Assembly: GCA_964635825.1 (NCBI GenBank) | Contig: CAZWQJ010000008.1 | Coordinates: forward strand, 1 to 54,634 | From: an uncultured Victivallales bacterium | GTDB lineage: Bacteria; Verrucomicrobiota; Kiritimatiellia; UBA8416; JAIOPI01 | Direction: 5' to 3' | DNA: 54,634 nt | Notes under the pieces: generated by a model | The model's database searches: none | What the model saw: only the letters and a program-made list of their open reading frames with translations | What the model was told of the DNA's origin: nothing | Shown: positions 35,649 through 45,553 of the stretch, piece after piece | Numbering within the stretch: position 1 is the stretch's first letter | Layout: each line of letters opens with the position of its first letter | Position numbers and translations under genes: made by a program

Positions 35649-36656
35649 TCAGATTTCGCGATTCGCAATCTCGGTCAGAAGATCCGGGTCAAATGTCATC
35701 CCCAGACCCAACCCCAGTTCCTGAAGCTTCGTCTTGATCTCGTTCAGCGACTTCTTGCCGAAGTTGCGGTACTTGAGCATCTCCGCTTCGCTCTTCTGTG
35801 CCAACTCGCCCACCGAGGTGATGTTCGCGTTGTTCAGGCAGTTCGCCGCACGCACGCTCAACTCAATCTCGTTGACGCTCATCCGCAGCTTGCGCCGCAG
35901 CTCGTCTCGCTCCGCGTCGATCCGCTTCTCCGTCTCTTCGAACTCCACCAGATCGTCGTCGTAATTCACGAACACGTCCAGGTGGTGCCGCAGAATCGAG
36001 GAAGCCGTCGTCAACGCTTCGTCCGGCGTCACGCGCCCATCCGTCCAAATATCCAGAATCAACCGGTCGTAGTCCGTCCGCTGACCCACCCGCGTGTTCT
36101 CCGTCGTGAAGTTCACCCGCTTCACCGGCGAAAAGACCGAGTCGATCGGAATCATCCCAATGTCCGCGTTCGGCGTCTTGTTGCGCTCCGCCGGATAGAA
36201 TCCGCGCCCCGTCCGAATCTGAATCTCCAACTCCAACTTCCCATCCGCCGCCAACGTCGCGATGTGCAGATCCGGATTCAAGACTTCCACCGCACCTTCG
36301 CTCTCGATGTCCCCCGCCTTCACTTCCGCAGGGCCCTTCACCTTCACGATCAACGGCTTCACGTCCCGGACGTACGACTTCAGCAGAACCTGCTTCAGGT
36401 TCAACACGATGTCCGTCACGTCTTCCACCACCCCAGGCACCGTGCAAAACTCGTGCGGCGCCCCCGTGATCTTCACCGACGTAATGGCCGCCCCCTCGAT
36501 CGAGGAAAGCAACACCCGGCGCAGCGAATTGCCCACCGTCGTCCCATACCCGATTTCAAATGGCTCCGCGATATAGCGCGTGTAGCTGTTCGTCGCGGTG
36601 GTCTCATCCTTCACCACACGCTTCGGCATCTCGAACCGACTCAGTCTGATAGGCAT
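35649..36656 (-). CDS. rpoA: DNA-directed RNA polymerase subunit alpha
   Basis: GYGTTVGNSLRRVLLSSIEGAA..., plus a C-terminal domain (ELSVRAANCLNNANI..VGEL...L.K..NFGKKSL.EI). I chose ATG 36656 (GAGGAAAGGA upstream) over 36680. Confidence 0.93.
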   Translation of the reverse strand: MPIRLSRFEMPKRVVKDETTATNSYTRYIAEPFEIGYGTTVGNSLRRVLLSSIEGAAITSVKITGAPHEFCTVPGVVEDVTDIVLNLKQVLLKSYVRDVKPLIVKVKGPAEVKAGDIESEGAVEVLNPDLHIATLAADGKLELEIQIRTGRGFYPAERNKTPNADIGMIPIDSVFSPVKRVNFTTENTRVGQRTDYDRLILDIWTDGRVTPDEALTTASSILRHHLDVFVNYDDDLVEFEETEKRIDAERDELRRKLRMSVNEIELSVRAANCLNNANITSVGELAQKSEAEMLKYRNFGKKSLNEIKTKLQELGLGLGMTFDPDLLTEIANREI

Positions 36657-36712
36657 CGTCAGCGTCCTTTCCTCATACATCGAACGCGCGCCGGTAGACC
36701 GGCACGCACACT

Positions 36713-36734
36713 AAAACGGCGGGGAGTCCCCCGC
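36713..36734 (-). terminator. Terminator/attenuator-like hairpin between rpsK and rpoA
   Basis: On the transcribed strand it reads GCGGGG-gacu-CCCCGC followed by CGUUUUAG. It occupies the 95-bp gap where rpsD sits in many bacteria. Confidence 0.3.
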
Positions 36735-36775
36735 GCTCCCCCCGGCAATTCCCATCGCCAGGGCGCGGAACTCCG

Positions 36776-37285
36776 TCAGACCCGCCGCCGCTTGCGCGGG
36801 CGGCACCCATTGTGCGGAATCGGAGTCACGTCTTTGATAACCGTGATGTTGAGCCCCGACGACTGCAGCGCCCGGATCGCGGACTCACGCCCCGCTCCCG
36901 CGCCCTGCACCCGCACTTCCACCTCGTGCATCCCTCGCGCAATCGCCTGCCGCGCCGCGTCCTGCCCCACCAACGTGGCCGCAAACGCCGTGCTCTTGCG
37001 GGAACCCTTAAAGCCCGCACGTCCCGCCGCAGACCACGCCACCACTCCGCCCCGCAGGTCCGCGATCGATACAATCGTGTTGTTGAACGTCGCCTTGATG
37101 TGCGCCACGCCCACGGGAACATGCCGCCCCGCTCGCGCCCGCGCCTTCCGCGCCGCCGCCTTCGAGGCCGCATCCCCTGCCTTGCCTTCGCCGGCCGCGT
37201 CCGCAGCGCCTTCAGCCCCTGCACTCTCGACAGCCGGCTGCTTCGCTTCGTCCTGAATCTCGTTGGTCTCTTCCGCCATAGCCAC
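36776..37285 (-). CDS. rpsK: 30S ribosomal protein S11 with ~40-aa acidic/Ala-rich N-terminal extension
   Basis: [18 protein letters not shown]....[16 protein letters not shown]... Confidence 0.93.
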   Translation of the reverse strand: MAMAEETNEIQDEAKQPAVESAGAEGAADAAGEGKAGDAASKAAARKARARAGRHVPVGVAHIKATFNNTIVSIADLRGGVVAWSAAGRAGFKGSRKSTAFAATLVGQDAARQAIARGMHEVEVRVQGAGAGRESAIRALQSSGLNITVIKDVTPIPHNGCRPRKRRRV

Positions 37286-37300
37286 CCCTGATCCCGAATC

Positions 37301-37702
37301 CTACTTGTCCGTCTTCACTGCCGCGCGCGCATCCTTGCCGCGAACCGCACCCACCGTGCGCCGCGGTCCCTTGCGCGTACGCGCATTCGTGCTCGTCCGC
37401 TGGCCGCGCACCGGCAACCCGCGGCGATGCCGCAGCCCCCGGTAGCTCCCGATGCTGATCAGGCGCCGTATGTTCTGCGCCACCTCGCGCCGCAAATCGC
37501 CTTCCACACGAAAACGAGTCTGAATAATGTTCAGGATCGTGCGCAATTCGTCCGGCGTCAGATCGTCCGACCGCTTCGCCGGATCCACCTTGCTCTCCGC
37601 CATGATCGACTTCGCACGCGCGGGCCCAATACCATGAATGTATTGCAGCGCGTACTCGACGCGCTTGCGACCCGGTATATCGACACCAAGAACTCTGGGC
37701 AT
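37301..37702 (-). CDS. rpsM: 30S ribosomal protein S13
   Basis: [26 protein letters not shown]...[20 protein letters not shown]. Confidence 0.95.
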   Translation of the reverse strand: MPRVLGVDIPGRKRVEYALQYIHGIGPARAKSIMAESKVDPAKRSDDLTPDELRTILNIIQTRFRVEGDLRREVAQNIRRLISIGSYRGLRHRRGLPVRGQRTSTNARTRKGPRRTVGAVRGKDARAAVKTDK

Positions 37703-37714
37703 CCGTCGTCCTCC

Positions 37715-37828
37715 CTAGCCCTGGCGCTGTTTGTGACGGGAATTCGTGCACACCACGCGCACCACTCCCCCGCGTTTAACGACTTTACACCGCTCACACA
37801 TGCGCCTGACTGAACTTCTGACTTTCAC
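37715..37828 (-). CDS. rpmJ: 50S ribosomal protein L36 (zinc-binding type)
   Basis: Hand translation: [42 protein letters not shown] (37 aa). AGGAGA SD upstream. It is too short for the ORF track. Confidence 0.9.
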   Translation of the reverse strand: MKVRSSVRRMCERCKVVKRGGVVRVVCTNSRHKQRQG

Positions 37829-37910
37829 TGGCTTTCTCCTAAACCAAAATCCCGACAATGTACGAATGACACCGCCCCACGTCTACAACAAAAGCGTCGG
37901 ACCGCACTCT

Positions 37911-38654
37911 TTATCGCGTCAGGATCTCTGCTGTTCCTTCCCCAACCGCGACCGTATGCTCAAAATGGGCCGAATATTGGCCATCTTTCGTCACCACTGT
38001 CCACCCATCCTCCAACACCGCCACTTCCGGACGCCCCATGTTCACCATCGGCTCCAACGCCAGCGTCATCCCCGCCTTCAACGTCGGGCCACGTCCCGGT
38101 TGCCCAAAATTCGGCACTTGCGGCTCTTCGTGCATCTGGCGCCCAACGCCGTGTCCCACGAACTCCCGCACCACAGTGTACCCTCCGCCCGTCGCTTCCT
38201 TCTCGATCGCGTGCGAAATGTCCGACACTCGCTTCCCCGCTTGGGCGGCCCCGATGCCCGCCTCCAGCGCGCGTTGCGTCGTCGTCACCATCTTGATGAC
38301 CGCAGGGTCCGTCACCCCCACCATCACCGTCGTCGCCGTATCCCCGATAAATCCCTGGTAGCGCACCCCAACGTCGATGCTCACCACGTCGCCCAACACG
38401 ATCCGTCGGCTGCCCGGGATCCCGTGCACCACCACTTCATTCACCGACACGCAGATGATCCCCGGATACCCGTGATACCCCAGGAACGCGCTCTCGCCGC
38501 CCCACCCGCGCATCAACTCACCCGCATACTCCGAAAGCTCCAGCGTCGTCACCCCGGGCGCAATCTTCGCCGCCACAGCGTCCCGCACGCGAGCCGCCAT
38601 GCCGCCACTTTCGCGCATCGCGGCCAACTCCGCGGCTGTCCGAATCGCAATCAT
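37911..38654 (-). CDS. map: Type I methionine aminopeptidase
   Basis: MIAIRTAAELAAMRESG...CVSVNEVVVHGIP....L..GD.VSIDVG....G..GD...T...GH.VG...HE.P.V.N..., EHTV. I placed the start at ATG 38654 (GGGGAGTGAGG upstream). Confidence 0.92.
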   Translation of the reverse strand: MIAIRTAAELAAMRESGGMAARVRDAVAAKIAPGVTTLELSEYAGELMRGWGGESAFLGYHGYPGIICVSVNEVVVHGIPGSRRIVLGDVVSIDVGVRYQGFIGDTATTVMVGVTDPAVIKMVTTTQRALEAGIGAAQAGKRVSDISHAIEKEATGGGYTVVREFVGHGVGRQMHEEPQVPNFGQPGRGPTLKAGMTLALEPMVNMGRPEVAVLEDGWTVVTKDGQYSAHFEHTVAVGEGTAEILTR

Positions 38655-38743
38655 CGCTGCCTCACTCCCCCGGTGCCATTCTTGCACCCGCCCCGGAGGG
38701 CAAAGCCTCGCCCCCCCGCAGGGCGGCCATCCACCTGCCACCC

Positions 38744-39394
38744 TCAGTTGCCTCGAATGACGCGCAACACATCCGCCGCCAGCTGATCAGCTCCTCGGCT
38801 CGAATCCACCGTCCGCAGCAACCCCTGGCCCCGGTAGCGCGCGATCAGGCTCTCTGTCTTCTGATTGAAGACATCCAGCCGGCTCACGATCGTCGCCTCA
38901 TGATCATCCGGCCGCTGGTAAAGCTCACCCCCGCAGTGATCACAGACCCCCGCCTTCCGCGGCGGCATGTTCGCCACATGAAAATTCGCTCCGCACGCGC
39001 GGCAGATCCGTCGGCCCGTCAATCGCTGAATCAAAATCGCTCGCGGACAGTCCAGGAAAACCACATGCTCGATCCCCGCCCCGCGCCGCACCAGCGCCGC
39101 CTCCAGCAACTCCGCCTGCCGCACCGTCCGCGGAAATCCGTCAAACATGTACGCGTCCGTAGGCGCTCCCGCGGCCAGCCGGTTCTCCACCAGACGGATC
39201 ATGATCTCGTCCGGCACCAGCTCGCCACGCTTCATATAGCCTTCCGCCTCGCGCCCGGTCTCAGTCCCCTGCTTCACCGCTTCACGCAACATGTCGCCCG
39301 TGGAAATGTGAATGAACCCGACTTCGTCGCGTATGCGCTCCGCCGCCGTGCCTTTTCCGGCACCCGGAGCCCCCAGCAACAAGATCGCTCTCAT
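38744..39394 (-). CDS. adk: Adenylate kinase (Zn-lid type)
   Basis: LLLGAPGAGKGT; ISTGDMLR; lid CRACGANFH...CDHCGGELYQRPDD. Confidence 0.95.
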   Translation of the reverse strand: MRAILLLGAPGAGKGTAAERIRDEVGFIHISTGDMLREAVKQGTETGREAEGYMKRGELVPDEIMIRLVENRLAAGAPTDAYMFDGFPRTVRQAELLEAALVRRGAGIEHVVFLDCPRAILIQRLTGRRICRACGANFHVANMPPRKAGVCDHCGGELYQRPDDHEATIVSRLDVFNQKTESLIARYRGQGLLRTVDSSRGADQLAADVLRVIRGN

Positions 39395-39418
39395 CGGTCC
39401 ATCCTCCCGCCGCCAGAA

Positions 39419-40765
39419 TCAGCGACGTCCGCGCAAGCGGCCCTTCTTAAGGAACCCGTCGTAGTGCCGCATCAACAAATGCGATTCCACCTGCCGCATC
39501 GTGTCCAGCATCACGCCGACCACAATCAGCATGCTCGTACCGCCCATGAACGACGCCACCAGCCACGGCACCCGGAAGTTCGTGGCCAGAACCGTCGGGA
39601 TCACCGCAATCACCGTCAGCATCATCGCCCCGATCAGCGTGATCCGCGTCATCGTCGCATCCAGAAACTCGGCCGTCGGCCGCCCCGGACGAATCCCCGG
39701 AACGTAACCACTGTTCCGCTTGAGATCGTCCGCGATCTGCAACGGGTTGAACTGCGTCGCGACCCAGAAATACGAGAAAAACAGGATCAGTATCCCGTAC
39801 GCCACCAGATACAGCGGCTCGCCCATCTGCAGCGCCGCATTCAGGTCCTGGCACCAACCCCACTTCACACGCCCCAACAGAATCGTCGGAAACGCGATCA
39901 TCGGAGATGCAAAAATGATCGGCATCACGCCCGAATAGTTCACCCGCAACGGCATGTAGGTGTTCTGCCCGCCATACACCTTGCGCCCCACCACCCGCTT
40001 CGCCGTGTGAATCGGGACCTTGCGCTGCCCCTGCGTCAACATGATCGTCCCCGCCGTCACCAGGAAGGATAGCACCAACAAACCCACCAGATGGAACAGG
40101 TTGTACGGACCGGCCGATTCGCCCGATCCAAACATGTTCACCACGTACCCCAACGCCTGCGGTAGCTGGCTGATGATGTTCGCGGTGATCACGATCGAAA
40201 TGCCGTTGCCAATCCCCCGCTCCGTGATTTGCTCTCCCAACCACATCAGAATCATGGTGCCCGTCGTCATCGTCAGCACCGTCAACAAGCGGAATCCCCA
40301 CCCCGGGGAATGCACGATCGATCGCGAGAGCCCCCAGTTCGCCGGATTCTCCAGGCTGATCGCCAACGCCAACCCCTGCACCACGCAAATCACCAGCGTG
40401 AAGTAGCGCGTGTACTGCGTCAGCTTCGCACGCCCCGCATCCCCTTCCCGCGCCAACCGCTCCAGCGCCGGAATCACCGCCGTCATCAACTGCAGGATGA
40501 TCGACGCGCTGATGTACGGCCAGATGCTGAGCGCGCCGACCGCAAAGTTGTTCAGCGCGCCGCCGCTGAACAGGTCGATCCAGCTCATGAATCCGCCGCC
40601 CGCGCGGGCCTGACTCTCCGCAATCGCAATCTGCAACTCCCGCACGTCGACGCCAGGAGATGGCACCGTCGTCACGATGCGGCAGATGAAGATCAGCCCC
40701 AGCGTGAACAGGATGCGGGTGCGAAGCTCAGGTATCTTGATCGAATTGGCAAAGGCCGAGAGCAT
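39419..40765 (-). CDS. secY: Preprotein translocase subunit SecY
   Basis: 448 aa. ELRTRILFTLGLIF..R.....P.PG.D; 10 TM pattern; ...YDGFLKKGRLRGRR. Confidence 0.95.
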   Translation of the reverse strand: MLSAFANSIKIPELRTRILFTLGLIFICRIVTTVPSPGVDVRELQIAIAESQARAGGGFMSWIDLFSGGALNNFAVGALSIWPYISASIILQLMTAVIPALERLAREGDAGRAKLTQYTRYFTLVICVVQGLALAISLENPANWGLSRSIVHSPGWGFRLLTVLTMTTGTMILMWLGEQITERGIGNGISIVITANIISQLPQALGYVVNMFGSGESAGPYNLFHLVGLLVLSFLVTAGTIMLTQGQRKVPIHTAKRVVGRKVYGGQNTYMPLRVNYSGVMPIIFASPMIAFPTILLGRVKWGWCQDLNAALQMGEPLYLVAYGILILFFSYFWVATQFNPLQIADDLKRNSGYVPGIRPGRPTAEFLDATMTRITLIGAMMLTVIAVIPTVLATNFRVPWLVASFMGGTSMLIVVGVMLDTMRQVESHLLMRHYDGFLKKGRLRGRR

Positions 40766-41211
40766 CAGTTCGCCACGACCTCGCAGCTGCCGCCCAAGGC
40801 TTCGACCTTGGCGCGCGCGCTGGCGCTGTACGCATTCACTCGCACCGTCAGCTTCCGGCTCAACTCGCCAGTCCCCAACAGCTTGATCCCGTCCCAGCGA
40901 CCACGCACCAGCCCCGCCTCACGCAGCGCCTCCGCCGTCACGTCCGCCCCGTCGCTGAAACAATCCAGATCCCCCACATTCACCGGCGCCAACTCCTGCC
41001 GGTTCACGTTGTGGAACCCGCGCTTCGGAATGCGCCGGATCAACGGCATCTGACCGCCCTCAAAACCCGCCCGGTGCTTGTGCCCCTTGCGCGCGTACTG
41101 CCCCTTGTGCCCGCGGCCAGACGTCTTGCCCACGCCCGAACTCTCTCCGCGTCCCACGCGCCGCCGCGCACGTCGCGCACCCGGCGATGCCTTCAACTCA
41201 TGCAAATTCAT
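40765..41211 (-). CDS. rplO: 50S ribosomal protein L15
   Basis: MNLHELK...GRGESSGVGKTSGRGHKGQ..R.G......FEGGQMPL.RR.PKRGF. Confidence 0.95.
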   Translation of the reverse strand: MNLHELKASPGARRARRRVGRGESSGVGKTSGRGHKGQYARKGHKHRAGFEGGQMPLIRRIPKRGFHNVNRQELAPVNVGDLDCFSDGADVTAEALREAGLVRGRWDGIKLLGTGELSRKLTVRVNAYSASARAKVEALGGSCEVVAN

Positions 41212-41228
41212 GATCGAGTCCTTGTCCT

Positions 41229-41717
41229 TCAGGCCGCTGTCCGCCGGCTCGCCAGAACTTCTTCGCGCGAGCGCAGCTTCTTCAGCGCCATAAACGTCGC
41301 CTTGACCACGTTCAGCGGATTGTTGCTGCCCAGCGACTTGCCCAGAATGTCCCGGATCCCAGCCGCTTCCAACACCGCCCGCATCCCGCCTCCCGCAATC
41401 ACGCCCGTACCCGGCGACGCCGGCCGCAACAGCACTTCGCCACCGTCAAACCGTGCCTTCACCTCGTGCGGGATCGTGCGATCCTTCATGGTGACCTGCA
41501 CCAGCGACCGCCTCGCCACGTCGCCACCCTTGCGAATCGCGTCCGGCACTTCGTTCGCCTTGCCAAAGCCGTATCCAACACGCCCAGCCTTGTCCCCAAC
41601 CACCACCACCGCACTGAAACTGAATCGGCGCCCGCCCTTCACCACCTTGGCGCACCGATTCACCATCACAATGCGTTCTTCCAGATCCGACTGGCCGCCT
41701 GCGTTGTCCTGACTCAC
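41229..41717 (-). CDS. rpsE: 30S ribosomal protein S5
   Basis: [39 protein letters not shown]. Confidence 0.95.
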   Translation of the reverse strand: MSQDNAGGQSDLEERIVMVNRCAKVVKGGRRFSFSAVVVVGDKAGRVGYGFGKANEVPDAIRKGGDVARRSLVQVTMKDRTIPHEVKARFDGGEVLLRPASPGTGVIAGGGMRAVLEAAGIRDILGKSLGSNNPLNVVKATFMALKKLRSREEVLASRRTAA

Positions 41718-42133
41718 GATTCCTCCTTGACCTGCTCAGCGGCCGCCCCGGCGGTCGCCGGCACCGCGACCTGCTCCGTGCGAATCTGGAGTCCCGCCTC
41801 CGCGGCCCCCTCCACCAACGCCTTCACCCGGCCGTGGTACTTGAACCCACCGCGATCCACCACCACCCGGCGAATCCCCGCCTCCGCAGCCGCTCGCGCC
41901 GCCGCCTGGCCCACCGTCCGCGCCCGCGCCACCGTCGCGTTCCCCGCGTCCAGCGCCAGCGACGAGGCCGAGGCCAGCGTCTTCTGCTGCAAGTCGTCGA
42001 TGAACTGCACGTAAATGTTGCGGTTCGATATCATGACCGCCATCCGCGGCCGCTCGGCCGTTCCCGCCATGCGCCGACGAATGCGCTCATGCCGGATCTT
42101 CCGACAGTCTTTGCGATTTATCTCTGGCTTCAT
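41714..42133 (-). CDS. rplR: 50S ribosomal protein L18
   Basis: [27 protein letters not shown]......A.AS...[22 protein letters not shown]. Confidence 0.93.
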   Translation of the reverse strand: MKPEINRKDCRKIRHERIRRRMAGTAERPRMAVMISNRNIYVQFIDDLQQKTLASASSLALDAGNATVARARTVGQAAARAAAEAGIRRVVVDRGGFKYHGRVKALVEGAAEAGLQIRTEQVAVPATAGAAAEQVKEES

Positions 42134-42173
42134 CGTAGTTGTTCCGACATCCCGTGTTCCGCGCCACGCAGGC

Positions 42174-42710
42174 TTACGCCACCGTCTTGCCCACCTTGCG
42201 CTTAACGTGCTCGCCCTCGAAGCGAATGCCCTTGCCCTTGTAAGGCTCCGCCGGGAAGTACGAGCGAATCCTTGCCGCCGTATCCCCCACGAGCTGCTTG
42301 TCCATGCCCGTGATCGTCAATTTCGTACCCGCCTCGTCCTTGACGGTTATCCCCGCCGGAACCGTAAATACCACCGGGCTCGCAAACCCCAGCGAGAGCG
42401 ATAGCGCCTTGCCCTGCAGCGTCGCCTTGAAACCCACCCCCTCGATCAGCAGCACCTTCGTGTACCCCTTGGCCACGCCCAGGATCATGTTGGCAATCAA
42501 GTTCCGCGCCAACCCATGCAAACTGCTGCTCCGGCGCGTGTCCTCGCCACTGCTCACCTTCACCACGCCACCGTCCACCTCGGCCGAGATCGTCTCCGGC
42601 AACGTCAGGCTCAGCTCGCCCAGCGACCCTTTCGCGGTCACCAAGGACCCCTTCACCGTCACCGTGACGCCACTCGCCACCGGCACCGGGCTCTTTCCCA
42701 CTCTCGACAT
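42174..42710 (-). CDS. rplF: 50S ribosomal protein L6
   Basis: MSRVGKSPV.V..GVTV......V...G..GEL; ...YFPAEPYKGKGIRFEGE.V.RK.GK. Confidence 0.95.
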   Translation of the reverse strand: MSRVGKSPVPVASGVTVTVKGSLVTAKGSLGELSLTLPETISAEVDGGVVKVSSGEDTRRSSSLHGLARNLIANMILGVAKGYTKVLLIEGVGFKATLQGKALSLSLGFASPVVFTVPAGITVKDEAGTKLTITGMDKQLVGDTAARIRSYFPAEPYKGKGIRFEGEHVKRKVGKTVA

Positions 42711-42744
42711 CGTGAACTCTCCTAAATCCCGGCGTCCGCGCCGT

Positions 42745-43143
42745 TCACCACACCGAGCACAACAGCTCGCCGCCTATCCGGCGCTTGCGCGCTTCGTTGC
42801 CGCTCATGATCCCCGCCGGCGTGCTCAGGATGCTTACCCCCAAACCGCCCAGTACCCGCGGAATCTCCGTGCTCGACACATACCGGCGCCGCCCCGGCTT
42901 GCTGTCCCGACGCAGCCCCTGAATCACGGGCTGCTGCCCCGCATTGTACTTCAGGACCATCCGCAGCGTCTTGCGCACCCCGCCACCTTCCACCGCCAGG
43001 TCCTTGATGAACCCTTCCTGGCGCAGGATCTGCGCTATCTCTTCCTTGATCCGCGAATGCGGCAGCTCCACGACGTCCCTCTGGGCCATCTGGGCATTCC
43101 GCACCCGCAGCAACATATCGGCGATCGGATCCGTCTGACTCAT
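42745..43143 (-). CDS. rpsH: 30S ribosomal protein S8
   Basis: MSQTDPIADMLLRVRNA......V..P.S..K..IA.IL..EGFI. I placed the start at ATG 43143 (GGGAGCGAGG upstream). Confidence 0.93.
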   Translation of the reverse strand: MSQTDPIADMLLRVRNAQMAQRDVVELPHSRIKEEIAQILRQEGFIKDLAVEGGGVRKTLRMVLKYNAGQQPVIQGLRRDSKPGRRRYVSSTEIPRVLGGLGVSILSTPAGIMSGNEARKRRIGGELLCSVW

Positions 43144-43182
43144 CCTCGCTCCCGTCCCATCCATTCAGTTCGTCACGCCAGC

Positions 43183-43368
43183 TTACCAGCTCGCGCGGGT
43201 CACGCCCGGTATCTGGGCCGTATTCGCCAGCTCCCGGAAACATATGCGGCAAACCTGGAACTTCCGCATGAAGGCGTGCCGCCGTCCGCACCGCTTGCAG
43301 CGGTTATAGCGTCGCGCCTTGAACTTCGGCTTCCGGGCCGCCTTTACCATCAATGATGTCTTGGCCAA
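43183..43368 (-). CDS. rpsN: 30S ribosomal protein S14, short zinc-binding type Z
   Basis: 61 aa. [10 protein letters not shown]...[34 protein letters not shown]. Confidence 0.95.
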   Translation of the reverse strand: MAKTSLMVKAARKPKFKARRYNRCKRCGRRHAFMRKFQVCRICFRELANTAQIPGVTRASW

Positions 43369-43380
43369 GGCCGTCCTCCT

Positions 43381-43917
43381 CTACTTCTCCGCAAATGGAA
43401 TGCCGAGTCCCTTCAGCAGCATCCGCGCTTCATCGCAGTTGCGGCTGTCCGTCACGATCGTGATATTCATCCCCTGCACCGCCCCCACATGGTTGGGGTC
43501 AATCTCCGGGAATATCGTCTGCTCCTTGATGCCCACCGTGTAGTTCCCTTGCTTGTCAAAGGCATTCAACGGCAAACCCCGGAAGTCCCGTATACGCGGC
43601 AACCCCGCGCTGATCAACCGCTCGAGAAACTCATACATCCGCGCGCCACGCAATGTCACCTTCGCGCCAATCTGCATGCCCTCGCGCAGCTTGAAATTCG
43701 AGATGCTCTTGCGCGCTCGTGTCACCACTGGCCGCTGGCCCGCCAACTTTCCCAGCTCCGTGACGTGTGTCTGGAACTGGTCCTTGTCGGCAATGCCAAT
43801 GCCCATGTTGATCACCACTTTGCGCACCCGTGGCACCCGCATCGTGTTGGTGATGCCCAAATCGCGCTTAAGCGCCGGCACCACCTCCGTCTGATATCGT
43901 TCCTTCAGTGTGGCCAT
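43381..43917 (-). CDS. rplE: 50S ribosomal protein L5
   Basis: LKERYQTEVVPAL......N.M.VPR..KVVINMG.G. Confidence 0.95.
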   Translation of the reverse strand: MATLKERYQTEVVPALKRDLGITNTMRVPRVRKVVINMGIGIADKDQFQTHVTELGKLAGQRPVVTRARKSISNFKLREGMQIGAKVTLRGARMYEFLERLISAGLPRIRDFRGLPLNAFDKQGNYTVGIKEQTIFPEIDPNHVGAVQGMNITIVTDSRNCDEARMLLKGLGIPFAEK

Positions 43918-43925
43918 GTCCGTAC

Positions 43926-44252
43926 TCAGCTATCGAAGACGTGCTTGCAACCACGGCTTGCGCATACGCGCACGCGCTTGTCCCCATCCATCCGCCGCCG
44001 AATCCGCACGCCCCGCTTGCACTCGGGGCAGTATGGTCGCAGGTTCGCCAGCGCGATGGACGCCTCTTTCTCCACGATCCCGCCTTGCGGGTTGTCCTGG
44101 CTCTTCCGCAGGGCCTTCTTCACCAGGCTCAGGCCCTCCACCAGCGCCCGCGACTTCGCCCGGTTCACTTCGAGCACCTTGCCCGTCTTCCCCGCGCTCA
44201 CGCCGCGCACCGCCAGCACGGTGTCGTTCTTCTTGATCGTCGCTATGCTCAC
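43926..44252 (-). CDS. rplX: 50S ribosomal protein L24 with C-terminal Cys4 insert
   Basis: IKKNDTV....G...GKTGKVLEV; C-terminal ...RPYCPECKRG.RIRRR...DKRVRVCASRGC.... Confidence 0.93.
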   Translation of the reverse strand: MSIATIKKNDTVLAVRGVSAGKTGKVLEVNRAKSRALVEGLSLVKKALRKSQDNPQGGIVEKEASIALANLRPYCPECKRGVRIRRRMDGDKRVRVCASRGCKHVFDS

Positions 44253-44279
44253 CGTTGTCCTACTCCTGGTTGCCGCCCC

Positions 44280-44645
44280 TTACAACACTTCCGGCGCGAG
44301 CGACACTACCTTCATGAAGTTCATTTCCCGCAACTCTCGCGCCACGGGCCCAAAAATGCGCGTCCCTATCGGGTTGCGCGTGGCATCCACCAGCACCACC
44401 GCGTTGTTGTCGAACCGCAGCAGCGATCCGTCTCGGCGCCGAATCGGGTGCGTCGTCCGTACGATCAACCCTTCGCACACCTGACCCTTCTTCACCATCC
44501 CGTCCGGCTGCGCTTCCTTCACCGCCACCTTCACAATGTCCCCCACCCGGGCATACCGCTTCCGGTGCCCAAGGATGCGGAAGCACTGCGCGCGCTTCGC
44601 CCCCGTGTTGTCCGCCACCACCAGATTGCTCTGTTCCTGAATCAT
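44280..44645 (-). CDS. rplN: 50S ribosomal protein L14
   Basis: [17 protein letters not shown]...C.R.LG......A.VGD.I.V.VKEA. ATG 44645 overlaps the rpsQ stop (ATGA). The ORF-track N-terminal 24 aa are rejected. Confidence 0.95.
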   Translation of the reverse strand: MIQEQSNLVVADNTGAKRAQCFRILGHRKRYARVGDIVKVAVKEAQPDGMVKKGQVCEGLIVRTTHPIRRRDGSLLRFDNNAVVLVDATRNPIGTRIFGPVARELREMNFMKVVSLAPEVL

Positions 44646-44923
44646 GGTTGCTCGGCCCCCGGCTGAACCGTCACTTCCAACAGCCGCCAGCTCTTCATCC
44701 GGCTGATGGGACGGCACTCGGTGATGCGAACCTTGTCGCCAACCTTCGCCGTGTTCTTCTCGTCATGCACGTGAAACTTCGAGGCGTGCCATTGCACCTT
44801 GCCGTAACGCTCGTGACGGCGGCGCTCTTCCACCAGAACCACGACACTCTTGTCGCCGCTCTTGCTCACGACCACGCCTTGCCGTTCCTTACTGACCCGC
44901 TGCTTGGGTGCCTGCTCAGCCAT
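44642..44923 (-). CDS. rpsQ: 30S ribosomal protein S17
   Basis: [22 protein letters not shown]......KF.VHDE.N.AKVGD.V.I.ECRP.S..K.W.L. ATG 44923 is preferred over GTG 44944. Confidence 0.92.
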   Translation of the reverse strand: MAEQAPKQRVSKERQGVVVSKSGDKSVVVLVEERRRHERYGKVQWHASKFHVHDEKNTAKVGDKVRITECRPISRMKSWRLLEVTVQPGAEQP

Positions 44924-45122
44924 GTTCGCGAATCCCCCGCTCACGCATTACCGTTTTGATCCGCGCCAACTCGCGCCGCAATGAGCGCATGCGGATGGGC
45001 GGCTCGGATGCGTCGCCCCCGCCCTTCTTGGCGCGCATCTCCTGAATGTGGCGCAACGTCTCCTGGCTCAATTGCCGGAGTTCCGCCTCCGTCTGTTCCC
45101 GCAAAGTCACTGCTTTCAACAT
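44916..45122 (-). CDS. rpmC: 50S ribosomal protein L29
   Basis: 68 aa. LREQTEAELRQL..E......EMR... Confidence 0.9.
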   Translation of the reverse strand: MLKAVTLREQTEAELRQLSQETLRHIQEMRAKKGGGDASEPPIRMRSLRRELARIKTVMRERGIREHG

Positions 45123-45136
45123 AGCTGCTCCGCCTC

Positions 45137-45553
45137 TTAGCGCTCGTGCCGGGTCACCAGTTTCGTCGGGATCCCGATCTTGGCCGCCGCCAGCCGAAGC
45201 GCCTCACGCGCAATCTGATCCGTCACCCCGTCAATCTCCAGCAACATCAAACCCGGCTTGATCACCGCCACCCAAAATTCCGGGTTGCCCTTGCCCTTAC
45301 CCATTCGCACTTCGATGGGCTTCTTCGAAACCGGCTTCGCCGGAAACACCCGAATCCACAACTTGCCCTTGCGCTTCATGTGCCGGTTGATGGATACGCG
45401 GCAGGCCTCAATCTGGGTGTTCTTCAACCACCCACGGCCCAGCGCCTTCAACCCGTACTCGCCGAAGGACAGCTCCGTCCCCCGTTGCGCAATGCCCTTG
45501 CGGCTGCCTCGCTGTACCTTCCGGTACCGAACGCGTTTTGGCATCAGCGGCAT
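45137..45553 (-). CDS. rplP: 50S ribosomal protein L16
   Basis: [16 protein letters not shown]...[13 protein letters not shown].....L...QIEA.R. Confidence 0.95.
   Translation of the reverse strand: MPLMPKRVRYRKVQRGSRKGIAQRGTELSFGEYGLKALGRGWLKNTQIEACRVSINRHMKRKGKLWIRVFPAKPVSKKPIEVRMGKGKGNPEFWVAVIKPGLMLLEIDGVTDQIAREALRLAAAKIGIPTKLVTRHER

Noticed and set aside
43926-44252. Cys4 zinc-ribbon-like C-terminal insert in L24 (CPECK...CASRGC), considered as a novelty.
   Set aside because: The same CxxC...CxxC extension exists in Thermus thermophilus L24, so it is a known lineage-variable feature. The same applies to the zinc-type S14 (type Z), L36 and the adenylate kinase lid.
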